Positions 5,973 to 15,409 of a stretch of DNA of 53,344 nt are shown here, one piece after another. Made by a program: the position numbers and the translations under genes. The notes under the pieces were generated by a model, which was not told the origin of the DNA, ran no database searches, and saw only the letters and a list, made by a program, of their open reading frames with translations. The DNA comes from a virus (lineage: Duplodnaviria; Caudoviricetes), in IMG/VR virus record IMGVR_UViG_3300030329_003045, positions 1-53,344 of that record; one strand, given 5' to 3'. Positions within the stretch are counted from its first letter, which is position 1, and every line of letters begins with the position of its first letter.

Positions 5973-6919
5973 TGGAAGTTTATATAGATAAAGAATGTTG
6001 GGATAAGATAATAAATTATGCCAAAGCTGCTTATCATACTGAAAAGTGTGAAATAGGCGGTATGTCAGTAGTAACACAAGATAAAGATGGTGATTGGCTT
6101 ATTCAAGAGCCTGTAATACTAAAACAGGAGATAGGGAGCACTACTTGTGACCTAGATAAAGAGGAATTAGCTAAATATTACACTAAAATGGCTGTAAAAT
6201 ACAATGAAACCAACTTTAGATTCTGTTGGTGGCATAGTCATCACACAATGGGAGCATTTTGGAGTGGTACAGACATATCAAGTATAGATGAATATGGTGA
6301 AGGAGAGTCAGATTTAAGCTTTGCTCTTGTAGTAAACCTTAAAGAAGAGTATAAATGCAGAGTTTCTGTATGGAAACCAGTAGAAATTCATCAAGATGTT
6401 GAACTAAAGATACTTAGTGATAAGCCTGATGTAGAAATACCACTTGATATAGTTACTGAAGTTAAAGAAAAGTGTGAAACTAGATCAATAGTTAATACTG
6501 GATACTCTAAAACTCAAAATGGCAACACAACTTTGCCTTTATGGGACAATACTCGTAATAATTGGGCTAGTTATAAGATGCTAGAAGATGATTTAACCAA
6601 TGTATATGTCCCTAGTCAGCAAGAAATAGCTAATTTTGAGGCTAAATATGAGTATGCATGTATGAAAGCTCAAGAATTTCTACATCAAGTAACAGTTGGT
6701 GGCTGGTCTATGCATAAATTCAAGAAAGCAATCAGAGAAACTAACAAACAAATAGCAAAATATGGTGTTCAAATAGAAGAATTGAACAAAAGAGAGCTAA
6801 AAGAGTTCGTAGAAATGGAGTCAGCTCCATATGAACTTGTAGCTTCTGATGCTAAATTCGCTGATATTGCTGATGCAATGATGGAAATGCACAGTTATAA
6901 TGGAGGATACATGATATGA
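5972..6919 (+). CDS. JAB/MPN+ (JAMM) metalloprotease (Ubl-processing/deconjugating)
   Basis: E(IGG)...WWHSHHTMGAFWSGTD fits HxH-x7-S-x2-D. Confidence 0.9.
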   Translation: MEVYIDKECWDKIINYAKAAYHTEKCEIGGMSVVTQDKDGDWLIQEPVILKQEIGSTTCDLDKEELAKYYTKMAVKYNETNFRFCWWHSHHTMGAFWSGTDISSIDEYGEGESDLSFALVVNLKEEYKCRVSVWKPVEIHQDVELKILSDKPDVEIPLDIVTEVKEKCETRSIVNTGYSKTQNGNTTLPLWDNTRNNWASYKMLEDDLTNVYVPSQQEIANFEAKYEYACMKAQEFLHQVTVGGWSMHKFKKAIRETNKQIAKYGVQIEELNKRELKEFVEMESAPYELVASDAKFADIADAMMEMHSYNGGYMI

Positions 6920-7569
6920 TTAACTTAAGAAGTCAAGACATTGCAAATTTAGATAATGTTGAATTCCATATTGTAGGTTGCGGGGCTATTGGAAGCTCCG
7001 TGGCCATGCAATTAGTAAGATTGGGAGCAAATAACTTCTATTTGTATGATTTTGATAAAGTAGAAATACAAAATGTAGGTGTAAGCCAATACAATGAACA
7101 AGATGTAGGGCTGCCTAAAGTAGGTGCTTTAATAAATCATATGAAAAGAATAAATGTGTTGATAAAAGTTCAAGGATATATGTCTAAATTTACAAATTAT
7201 AGAGGTAGTAAAGAAGGTATATTGATTCTAGGTTTAGATAGTATGAAAGCTAGAAAAGATATAGTTGAATTGCTAGTAAATTGCCCTGATAAGCCTAAAA
7301 TAGTAATTGATGGCAGGATGGGAGCTGAACATTATCAGCAATACATATATGATAACATAACTATGGCTAAATATGAGAAAAATTGGTATTCTGATGAGGA
7401 ATCTGATCAAGAACCATGTACTCGTAAAGCTACAAGTTACTGTTCAAATATGAGTGGTAGTTTTATAGCAAACGCTGCAAAGAATATCGTTATGAAACAG
7501 CCATATTTTAAAGAAATTAGTTTCAACTTTTCAACATTAATACTTGATAAAAAGAAATTAGTTTCGTAA
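6916..7569 (+). CDS. E1-like ThiF/MoeB-family adenylating enzyme
   Basis: VGCGAIG, DFDKVEIQNV, GLDSMKAR, IDGRMG and putative catalytic Cys in EPCT. Confidence 0.92.
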   Translation: MINLRSQDIANLDNVEFHIVGCGAIGSSVAMQLVRLGANNFYLYDFDKVEIQNVGVSQYNEQDVGLPKVGALINHMKRINVLIKVQGYMSKFTNYRGSKEGILILGLDSMKARKDIVELLVNCPDKPKIVIDGRMGAEHYQQYIYDNITMAKYEKNWYSDEESDQEPCTRKATSYCSNMSGSFIANAAKNIVMKQPYFKEISFNFSTLILDKKKLVS

Positions 7570-7572
7570 GTT
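7544..7572 (+). promoter_or_regulatory. Putative sigma70-like promoter for the replication module
   Basis: TTGATA-N17-TAAGTT at the end of the E1 gene; overlaps the second copy of a 15-bp direct repeat. Confidence 0.4.
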
Positions 7573-7659
7573 CTAAGCCCTTCAATCGAGGGGTTCATTC
7601 GCACACAGAAAGAGGTGGAAATTCCCCTCTGCCTCTTTCATTAATATAGGAGAAAATCA

Positions 7660-8163
7660 ATGGATAATATTGATATTTCAAAACAAAATGGTATTGCTAA
7701 GTCTGTATTAGAAGATAAAGCAAAACGTGAAGAAAAAGAGAAATCTTTTGATCAAGCACAAGATAGAAGATCTGATGAATGGAAATCACCTGAAATAGAC
7801 AAATTAGCCGAAGCATTAGCTAAAGCTCAATCTGAAATGGAAGGTGCTAAAAAAGAGAGTGTTAATCCATTCTTTAAGTCTAATTACGCAGATTTACATG
7901 CAGTAATCACATCAGCATTCCCACATTTAAGTAAACACGGACTATCTGTTAGTCAAGGTAACGAAATGATTATGGGTGCTGTGTGTGTAACAACAACATT
8001 AATGCATTCTTCTGGACAATGGTTACGTTCTAAAGTGAAACTTCCATTATCTAAGAAAGATGCTCAAGGCGTAGGAGCTGCTATTACATATGGCAGAAGA
8101 TACGGTTTATCCGCAATTGTAGGCATTGCTCAATATGATGATGATGCTCAATCAATTAGTTAA
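7660..8163 (+). CDS. erf: ERF-family single-strand annealing protein
   Basis: LAKAQ...NPFFKSNYADL...HSSGQW...QGVGAAITYGRRYGLSAIVGIAQ.DDDA. Confidence 0.92.
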   Translation: MDNIDISKQNGIAKSVLEDKAKREEKEKSFDQAQDRRSDEWKSPEIDKLAEALAKAQSEMEGAKKESVNPFFKSNYADLHAVITSAFPHLSKHGLSVSQGNEMIMGAVCVTTTLMHSSGQWLRSKVKLPLSKKDAQGVGAAITYGRRYGLSAIVGIAQYDDDAQSIS

Positions 8164-8180
8164 CTAAAAGGAGAACACAA

Positions 8181-8717
8181 ATGGTTAGAACATTAACTGT
8201 TAAAACAGGTGGTGGATCTAGTTTTTCAACTGGATGGCACACCAAGCTTATATCAAAAGCTGAATATGGTGACTTCAATGGTACTAAATATCTAGACGTA
8301 TGGTTTGATGACTTTCCTGAGTCGTTAAATATGCGAGTATATGAGAAAAAGAATGCTAATGGCGAAGAATTTGCTATTGGTAATCTATTTAGATATGCTA
8401 ATGCAGGTATTACTAGTGCTTTAGAAGGTGCAAATAACACTAAAGTTATTAAACTGGATGATAGTCCCGAAGCATTAATAGGTAAAAATGTTAATGTGTA
8501 TGTACACAAAGATGGTAAATATTCAAGAGTATTAAATCAATGTGCTCCAACTGAATTTGAAAACGTAGTAGAGAAATTCTCTGCTGATGATGTTCAGTAT
8601 TGGAAGGACAGAGCTGAGAAATACTTTAAAGAATATGTACAGCCTAAATTAGAAAAGAAATTAGATGATGTCGTTGACACTTCTGATTCCTCCGAGAGTG
8701 ACGATATACCATTCTAG
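8181..8717 (+). CDS. Single-stranded DNA-binding protein-like
   Basis: Acidic C-terminal tail ending DDIPF; follows ERF. Confidence 0.7.
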   Translation: MVRTLTVKTGGGSSFSTGWHTKLISKAEYGDFNGTKYLDVWFDDFPESLNMRVYEKKNANGEEFAIGNLFRYANAGITSALEGANNTKVIKLDDSPEALIGKNVNVYVHKDGKYSRVLNQCAPTEFENVVEKFSADDVQYWKDRAEKYFKEYVQPKLEKKLDDVVDTSDSSESDDIPF

Positions 8718-8737
8718 TGAGTAGGTAATCGTTAAAT

Positions 8738-8835
8738 TATAGGGAGGCAACAACTGGTCCTATAAGTCCTAGTGGATACAGGTGGTGTTCACCGAACACA
8801 GAAACTAGGCAAAGGAATATGTGAGTCTCCCTATA
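8738..8835 (+). ncRNA. Stem-closed multibranch RNA element before the primase operon
   Basis: TATAGGGAGGC/GTCTCCCTATA; inner CCTAGT/ACTAGG and GTGTTC-ACC-GAACAC. Confidence 0.5.
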
Positions 8836-8852
8836 TAATCAAAGGAGGATAT

Positions 8853-9068
8853 ATGAGAGCAACAGAATTTATGCATTTTATTAATATAAGTCCTAAAGAG
8901 CTAAAATTAGGACAAAACTTGAGAGGAGATGATTATACCCATATGACTATAAGAATGAGAGTAAAAAGAGCAAGGTATGAGCATCAAACTGATCTTAGAA
9001 AACGAGAAAAAGAAGCTGAAAAAGCTGCTGAAGAAATTAGAAAGTATTTTAGGAGGAAAAAGAAATGA
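8853..9068 (+). CDS. Small basic hypothetical protein
   Basis: AGGAGG RBS before ATG 8853 (the upstream extension in the ORF track lies in an RNA stem). Confidence 0.65.
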   Translation: MRATEFMHFINISPKELKLGQNLRGDDYTHMTIRMRVKRARYEHQTDLRKREKEAEKAAEEIRKYFRRKKK

Positions 9069-10822
9069 CAGAGCTATATAAAGAGTTCGCATTAGGAGTA
9101 AATAATAGACATAACTTCCAAGCAGTAAATAAAGTTTCTGACTGGATGGGTACAGATAGCGATACCTTTATGTCTTTATATGATTATGATGAGTATGTAG
9201 TAGAATTTTATGCTAAGAATAAGTCTTTATCAGGATATGATGGATTAATATATATGCCTGATGAGTTTATATTAGATGTAGATGGTGAAAGTGTATGGGA
9301 GGCATCTCAAAAGACTGCAGCATTACTTATACGTTTAGATGAACTATTTGTTCCATACTATGTATACTTTAGTGGTAGAGGATTCCATATACATATATCA
9401 GAAACAGCATTTAAATGGAGACCTAGTAAGAACTTACACATAAGAGTGAAAGAAGAACTTACTAAACATGGTATATTTGAATATGCTGATCCATCTGTTA
9501 CTGATAAATCTAGATTAATAAGGATACCTAATACTTTAAATACTAAATCTGGACTATGGAAGGTACCATTTCCTCAAAAAGCATTATATGAGAATAGTGT
9601 GTTAGAGAGAACTATTAACAAATGGTGTACAAAGCCTAGAGAACTAGAATTAGAACATGCATTAGAATGTAATGAAGTATTTGATGTATTTGATAAAGAA
9701 GAAGTTAAGGAACAAACGCCAGTTAAGATTAAAAGCACTAGAGACCCTGTAAATACTACATGTATACAGAAAATGATGGATGGTGCACCTCATGGTAAGC
9801 GTCATATGGTAGCTCTTAGAATAGCATCTTACTTAAGATGGAACTTTCCAGAGAATATTGTACGTTTAATCATGGAAGATTGGCGTATAAAGGTCAGTAA
9901 TGAAGCACAAAGTGAGTTTAAAGCTGAAGAAATGGAAGGTATAATAGAAGGTTGTTATACTGGACATGATGGACAAGGCTACAGATATGGTGCTGATGAC
10001 CCTGTTATAAAGTTTTATTGCAATTCTAGATGTACATTACATAGAGGGGCTAAAGCTGAAAATATGATGGATTCTAGTAGTATGGAGAACGAACTTATCA
10101 ATTTCTATGCTCAAGATCTTAAACCTATCAACTTAGGTGAAGCTTATGGGCAAGATTTCCCTGTATATCCAGGTGAAACAGTTATAATCCAGGCTCCACC
10201 AGCTAGTATGAAGACTATGTTACTACAAAATTGGGCTAATTACTTCAAGAAACAGACATATTTTGTTGAAATGGAGATGTCACCAAGACAAATATGGTCT
10301 AGATTTGTACAAATTGAGATGGGTTGGGATGAAAAACAACTAGCAGAACACTATAAGCAAATGAAAAATGGTATGGACAAGCGTTTTGAGTGGTTAACTG
10401 TTGATTATTCAGCGCCATATGCGCAGGAATTAGAGACAAGAATCACTAGCCTACCCATTAAGCCAGAAATAGTAATTGTTGACCATTTGGGGCTATTTAA
10501 GAGCAAACAGAAGGATAACAATATGAAAGTTGAGGAAGCATCCCAAGCCATTATGGAACTAGCAGTAAGACAAAACGTGATCGTCTTTGCTGTTAGTGAG
10601 GTAAGTAAATCAGCCTTTAAAGAAGGTATGGATATATCTTCGTCTAGAGGTTCATTCAGAATAGCTTATAATGCTAATAAAGTGATTTCAATTAACCCGT
10701 TCAAGAATAAAGAAACAGGTTTAGTAGAGATGTTAGATATTAAATCTGATAAGAATAGAGAGAAAGAACACTTATATGCAAGATTAAGCGTAAATAATGT
10801 TAGGATAGAAAAATGCGAATAA
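9065..10822 (+). CDS. AEP-type primase fused to a DnaB/RecA-like helicase domain
   Basis: LDVD and FSGRGFHIH AEP motifs, RLIRIPNTLN, primase C-terminal-like region (G.RH), Walker A-like APPASMKT, Walker B IVIVDH, KNR. Confidence 0.85.
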   Translation: MTELYKEFALGVNNRHNFQAVNKVSDWMGTDSDTFMSLYDYDEYVVEFYAKNKSLSGYDGLIYMPDEFILDVDGESVWEASQKTAALLIRLDELFVPYYVYFSGRGFHIHISETAFKWRPSKNLHIRVKEELTKHGIFEYADPSVTDKSRLIRIPNTLNTKSGLWKVPFPQKALYENSVLERTINKWCTKPRELELEHALECNEVFDVFDKEEVKEQTPVKIKSTRDPVNTTCIQKMMDGAPHGKRHMVALRIASYLRWNFPENIVRLIMEDWRIKVSNEAQSEFKAEEMEGIIEGCYTGHDGQGYRYGADDPVIKFYCNSRCTLHRGAKAENMMDSSSMENELINFYAQDLKPINLGEAYGQDFPVYPGETVIIQAPPASMKTMLLQNWANYFKKQTYFVEMEMSPRQIWSRFVQIEMGWDEKQLAEHYKQMKNGMDKRFEWLTVDYSAPYAQELETRITSLPIKPEIVIVDHLGLFKSKQKDNNMKVEEASQAIMELAVRQNVIVFAVSEVSKSAFKEGMDISSSRGSFRIAYNANKVISINPFKNKETGLVEMLDIKSDKNREKEHLYARLSVNNVRIEKCE

Positions 10823-11142
10823 ACATGCAAAATAGAGTAAAAGAAGTACTTGAAGATAGTATTCATTGTAGAGATAGTGATGTGTATTTAGTTTATGAGA
10901 TATGGAGTCAGGAAATAATAGATAATCCTAGAACACCATACCTGGATCAGGTCCTTGTAAATGAAATAGACATGATAGATATGTTTAAAATGTGGAAAGA
11001 TAAATTGGTTTCACATCCATCTGCTATAATGAGAGCTAGGAGAAAAGTACAGGAAGAACACCCTCATACTAGAGGTAAAGTATGGGAAGAAAGACATAAT
11101 CAACAACAACAAGTACAAGAAGATTTAGGGTACAATAGTTAG
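10813..11142 (+). CDS. Conserved phage hypothetical protein (RDSD...AIMRARRKVQE..P..RG)
   Basis: Motif pattern commonly seen in environmental phage proteins; coupled ORF. Confidence 0.7.
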   Translation: MRINMQNRVKEVLEDSIHCRDSDVYLVYEIWSQEIIDNPRTPYLDQVLVNEIDMIDMFKMWKDKLVSHPSAIMRARRKVQEEHPHTRGKVWEERHNQQQQVQEDLGYNS

Positions 11143-11213
11143 TCGAGGAAGGTATAGTAATAAGCAACTAAACTGAAATTGGCTACGTACCCTATTAATT
11201 TAAGGAGGCTATA

Positions 11214-11435
11214 ATGGCTAAGAAAACTGAAGTAAAAGAAGGTAAAACTTATATTTCTGAAAAAGAATTTAAAGCAATTAAATCAGAACCAAAAGTTGAC
11301 CCATTTGATGAGAGATTAAAAGATATTGAAAGTGATTTAAAGATGGCAGGTAAAACTGTTGATGAATTAAATCAAAGTATCAATGCTATAAGTGATTTAC
11401 TTAATAGAGTCGCAGATAGAATGGGGATGAAATAA
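11214..11435 (+). CDS. Hypothetical coiled-coil protein
   Basis: AGGAGG RBS. Confidence 0.7.
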   Translation: MAKKTEVKEGKTYISEKEFKAIKSEPKVDPFDERLKDIESDLKMAGKTVDELNQSINAISDLLNRVADRMGMK

Positions 11436-11638
11436 TGAATGCTCCTAATAAAAAACCAACTATGATGCAAGTGAAAAATGCAATCTCAAATCTAATATCT
11501 GAAATGGCTTATTTGAAAGAACATGTTTCAAAAATAGACAATATATTTTCTGATTATATAATGTATAGAAAACAAGGTGATAATTTTAAAGCATATTTAG
11601 AAAAGAAATACACACCTAAGGAAGAAGATAAAAAATGA
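11435..11638 (+). CDS. Hypothetical protein
   Basis: TAATG-coupled ORF. Confidence 0.7.
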   Translation: MNAPNKKPTMMQVKNAISNLISEMAYLKEHVSKIDNIFSDYIMYRKQGDNFKAYLEKKYTPKEEDKK

Positions 11639-11808
11639 ACATGTATAAAGAAGCAACAGAACATCTTGAAAAATGTGATGGTTGTGAATACTGCGTTGCA
11701 TATGAGGAGAGTGCATATAACATCTCTAAATACTATAAACCAGTAGAAAAAGAACACCCATTATTAAAAGATATTATAGAGAAATTCGATGGTATCGAAA
11801 TTAGTTAA
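11635..11808 (+). CDS. Small protein with CxxCxxC and C-terminal HPLLKDIIEKFDG motif (57 aa; not in ORF track)
   Basis: ATGA-coupled open frame. Confidence 0.6.
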   Translation: MNMYKEATEHLEKCDGCEYCVAYEESAYNISKYYKPVEKEHPLLKDIIEKFDGIEIS

Positions 11809-11956
11809 TTGTAACAAATGTAATTTAGATTGCGCTCCTGTATATTCTACAAGTTTATCTCCAAATATAACTAAATATATATGCAGGAGTTGCGCTCTAA
11901 AAACAATGGAGAAGGATAATGATAGAAGATCTAATGAAATTAAAAAGTCAGATTGA
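11789..11956 (+). CDS. Small zinc-finger-like protein (55 aa; not in ORF track)
   Basis: CNKC...CRSC. Confidence 0.5.
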   Translation: MVSKLVNCNKCNLDCAPVYSTSLSPNITKYICRSCALKTMEKDNDRRSNEIKKSD

Positions 11957-12191
11957 TACTATGATAGAAACATATAAAGATCTGCATCCTGATACATATT
12001 TTGAATATGAACCTCATATACAGAATGAAATTATTATGGATAAAGAAGACCATGAAGAGTATGAAAAACAAGAAGCTTTAAAAAAAATAAGAGAGGGGAC
12101 TTATGAAAGCACGTTCCGCAAAAAACAAAGGCAGGAAACTACAGAACTTGGTGAGGGATCGATTACGCTCTGTGTTTATGGAGACACTTGA
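11919..12191 (+). CDS. Hypothetical protein
   Basis: ORF with GGAG/AAGGA RBS; 3' part overlaps the next gene. Confidence 0.55.
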   Translation: MIEDLMKLKSQIDTMIETYKDLHPDTYFEYEPHIQNEIIMDKEDHEEYEKQEALKKIREGTYESTFRKKQRQETTELGEGSITLCVYGDT

Positions 12192-12456
12192 GAAGAATGA
12201 TATAGAGTCCCAGGTCATGGGAATGAGCGGTGAAGATATAGTATTATCACCAGCAGCTAAAAGGGTTATTAGATACAGTTTTGAATGTAAAAATCAAGAA
12301 AGATTAAACCTCTGGAGTTCTTTAGAGCAAGCTGAATCTAACTGTGAAGATAGAAATCCTGTTCTGGTATTTAAACGTAACAGATCAAAAATCTATGTAG
12401 CCATGGAATTTGATCATTTTATAGAATTAATTGATGAAAAGTTAAAGGAGATTTAA
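12103..12456 (+). CDS. PD-(D/E)xK nuclease, Holliday junction resolvase-like
   Basis: SAKNKGRKLQ...MGMSGEDI...SFECKNQE...PVLVFKRNR. Confidence 0.8.
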   Translation: MKARSAKNKGRKLQNLVRDRLRSVFMETLEKNDIESQVMGMSGEDIVLSPAAKRVIRYSFECKNQERLNLWSSLEQAESNCEDRNPVLVFKRNRSKIYVAMEFDHFIELIDEKLKEI

Positions 12457-12674
12457 TGAAAAGAGGGTTTACTCTAAGTAAAGATTATATGTGTGCATTC
12501 CTGTACCCATTTGGAATAGAAATTTTAATAGAAGATGGTATTACAATAGCGATACTATTTTATAAATTTGAATTTAGTATGTATATAGGTAAAAATTTCA
12601 CTATATTTGGTGACATTATAGAAAAGGCTTTAAAAGCAAGAGCCAAAATAAAATCAAACGAAATTAAAAATTAA
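12456..12674 (+). CDS. Hypothetical protein (last gene of the + arm)
   Basis: TAATG-coupled; converges on the - arm. Confidence 0.6.
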   Translation: MKRGFTLSKDYMCAFLYPFGIEILIEDGITIAILFYKFEFSMYIGKNFTIFGDIIEKALKARAKIKSNEIKN

Positions 12675-15400
12675 CGCTTTTGGGATAAGCCTTGTAGTAA
12701 ATTAAGTGAAGCTTCAAGGCTTGTATCCATGTATTTACCACCAGTTTTCTTCTTTTTCTTACTTTCAGGTTTTCCAAATATCATCTCATGATAATGTTTA
12801 GTAGTTTTAGTTGGGTAGAATTTAAACCAATGAGTTAATAGATCTCTACCTCTACCATCTCTTATTGCTGGATATAATTTATTTGACCATTGTCCCCAAA
12901 ATGTAGAATATTGATAAGCACTATACATTTCTGTATGCCTATCATCTTCATCTGCAAAGTTTACATTACCAAATAAGACTTTATTTAAATCATTATTTTC
13001 TATATCAATAACTCCACCTGCTACCATAAGATGCTTTAAAGTACCAAGGTTAGTACCACTTATCTGAGATAACAACCCAAATGTACCTTTATCTGGATTA
13101 TCATATTCAGTTAAATCATCTATAGTTCTTTGTACCCTTTCTACTGTATCATGTTCAAATATATTGAATAGATCTGTGTTAGTTAAGATACTCACTAAAG
13201 AAACTATACCAGCTATACCAGCATATCTTGTAAGATGCATTATTTCTTGAGACTCGAAACCTTCACCTGCTAAAAAGGCTTTATGAGCACCTTTTAACGT
13301 GGAATAAGTAGATTCAGCAAGAGACATAGGGTAATGCATTAAGTGCATCATCATTTCAGATGTTGCTCCTGCTGCCGATGTTCTTCTGTAATTAATTGAA
13401 CCTTGGTCCATCTCATCTATTGTACGCCATTCTCCTCTAACTGCTTTCGCCTTTCCATGAGCAGCATACTCATAAGCCCAAGAGTTAACTGTTTGTAGTG
13501 CAAATCTTTTAGCAAATTCACCAGCTTTATCTTGAGAGTAACCTCTATTTACAAGATATTTATACTTCTGATGTAAAGCAACACGATACATCCACTTACG
13601 TTGGTTGTTTTCAGTTAATCTATGAAAAAATAAAAGCTTATCTAGTGTGAACTGTCCTTTATCAATCAACCATTGTTTTAGTTTACCATTACCTTTCATA
13701 AACTCACCAGTTTCAGGATTATACCTTACTTCACCACTTTCAAGTTCAGTTCTACCAATTAATCCTTCAGAATATAATTCTCTAGCAGCATCAGTAAATA
13801 AGAAACCAGCTTCTTTTTCTGTCCTTCTAACTAAATCCTTAAATTCTACATCATGAGCAAAATCATGTAAAGTATTTTTTAATGCACCTAATCCTACCCT
13901 ACTATAAAAGTGTAGAGCACTAGCAGCATTTTTTACTGCACCAGTTATATTTAAACCCATAGTTCTTGCTGTTTGCAATGCGTTCATAGTCATAACTACA
14001 TTATTAGCCCAATCTCCTCTTGCACCAGTACCTCTAGTAAATACTGCAAACTCTTCATCAATAAATCTTCTTAATCCTTTTTGAAATTCCATAGTAGAAT
14101 TTGGTAAATGTTTTAAAGCCTCTAAGTAATTCTTCTGAGTGTGAACCATTTTATTAAAGTTAGTAGCTTGATGCCCATATTCTGATATAACTAAGAATGG
14201 ATCCTTTTCCCATATACGACCAAGTTCTATACCTCTCTTTTTCACAGAATCTGGAAGTTTACTAGGAGATATTTCAGAAAGAATATTATCTACTAAATCA
14301 CCAACAGCAAGATCTTTGTTTCCAGAAAAAGAGTTTGCTGCTTCATTTAATTTACCTTTAATTGTGGCTATAGTAGCAAAAGAAAGATGAGGAAAGTATC
14401 CACCTTCTTTCATTCCCATTTTGATATCTTTAATTGTATCATCTAAAGTTTTAATAAACTTACCAGCCTCACTACTTAGTCTTGATGCAACTTTTGGATC
14501 TGACGTACCAGCATACTTCAGTCCAACAATATCCTTTAATGTTGTTATACCTTGAACATATACTTGCCCCATATCATCTAATATAATTCTAGCTTTTTTA
14601 ACAGCTTCTACTACATTACTATTATAAGTTACTTTCTGATTATAGTTAGGATTTTCTGTTGTACCATCTACAAGAAATTTATTAGGGTCTCTAAAGTCTT
14701 TATCGTATATTTTACCGAAAGTCTTTTTATCCATATGAATTAAATCTATAAATTGCTTTATTGTTATACCTTCTGCATCTCTTTCAATAAATTTCTCCAT
14801 TGCTGAAATAAAATCACTCGTAGCTAATTCATTCTCAGGATTCTCTAACATTTGTTTTCTTAAATCTTTTATATGTCTTATTGCTTTATTTCCAGCTCTT
14901 CTGTCTCCATAAGTTCCAGCTGTGTTTTCACTTATGTAAGCTTCTAACATGTGATTTGCAATTTCAGCATTTCTGGTTGATATATTATTTACATTAACAC
15001 GCTCAACATTAAGTATATCATTTAATCTTGTATAAAATTTTCTAGCAATAGGGTCTTGTTTCGAGATTCCCTCAGGCACAACCCATGCTAAATTAGAAAA
15101 CTTACCACTTAGTGCCTTATCAAAAGCATCAATTTCAACCTTTATTCTGTTAATGTTCTTTTTAGTGAAAACATTATAAGCATCCTGATTATAAGGAAGT
15201 TCTAATCTTTGTTCTATAAACCATCTTAAATTCTGTTTAGCAGATTCAGCATCAAAACCATTATACTTATCAGAAAATCTCTCTACTATACCTACTCTTT
15301 CTTGACCATGCTTATTAAATAGCCAGTAGTTCCAGATATCATCTTGAGTTCTCATCCATTCATCTTTGGTTCTGCCTACAGTATTACATAAAACAGCCAT
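12671..15400 (-). CDS. Large putative internal virion (ejection) protein
   Basis: 909 aa, helical; last gene of the structural operon after the giant protein. Confidence 0.6.
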   Translation of the reverse strand: MAVLCNTVGRTKDEWMRTQDDIWNYWLFNKHGQERVGIVERFSDKYNGFDAESAKQNLRWFIEQRLELPYNQDAYNVFTKKNINRIKVEIDAFDKALSGKFSNLAWVVPEGISKQDPIARKFYTRLNDILNVERVNVNNISTRNAEIANHMLEAYISENTAGTYGDRRAGNKAIRHIKDLRKQMLENPENELATSDFISAMEKFIERDAEGITIKQFIDLIHMDKKTFGKIYDKDFRDPNKFLVDGTTENPNYNQKVTYNSNVVEAVKKARIILDDMGQVYVQGITTLKDIVGLKYAGTSDPKVASRLSSEAGKFIKTLDDTIKDIKMGMKEGGYFPHLSFATIATIKGKLNEAANSFSGNKDLAVGDLVDNILSEISPSKLPDSVKKRGIELGRIWEKDPFLVISEYGHQATNFNKMVHTQKNYLEALKHLPNSTMEFQKGLRRFIDEEFAVFTRGTGARGDWANNVVMTMNALQTARTMGLNITGAVKNAASALHFYSRVGLGALKNTLHDFAHDVEFKDLVRRTEKEAGFLFTDAARELYSEGLIGRTELESGEVRYNPETGEFMKGNGKLKQWLIDKGQFTLDKLLFFHRLTENNQRKWMYRVALHQKYKYLVNRGYSQDKAGEFAKRFALQTVNSWAYEYAAHGKAKAVRGEWRTIDEMDQGSINYRRTSAAGATSEMMMHLMHYPMSLAESTYSTLKGAHKAFLAGEGFESQEIMHLTRYAGIAGIVSLVSILTNTDLFNIFEHDTVERVQRTIDDLTEYDNPDKGTFGLLSQISGTNLGTLKHLMVAGGVIDIENNDLNKVLFGNVNFADEDDRHTEMYSAYQYSTFWGQWSNKLYPAIRDGRGRDLLTHWFKFYPTKTTKHYHEMIFGKPESKKKKKTGGKYMDTSLEASLNLLQGLSQKR

Positions 15401-15409
15401 ATAATTCTC

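Noticed and set aside
3963-7569. Thiamine or molybdopterin biosynthesis (ThiS/ThiF, MoaD/MoeB) auxiliary genes
   Set aside because: No thiG, moaE or sulfurtransferase nearby; an E2-like gene and a capped Ubl favour conjugation
3140-11757. Minus-strand ORFs in the early arm (3140, 3869, 5834, 8156, 8907, 10666, 11554)
   Set aside because: Antisense to coupled + strand genes that have good RBSs
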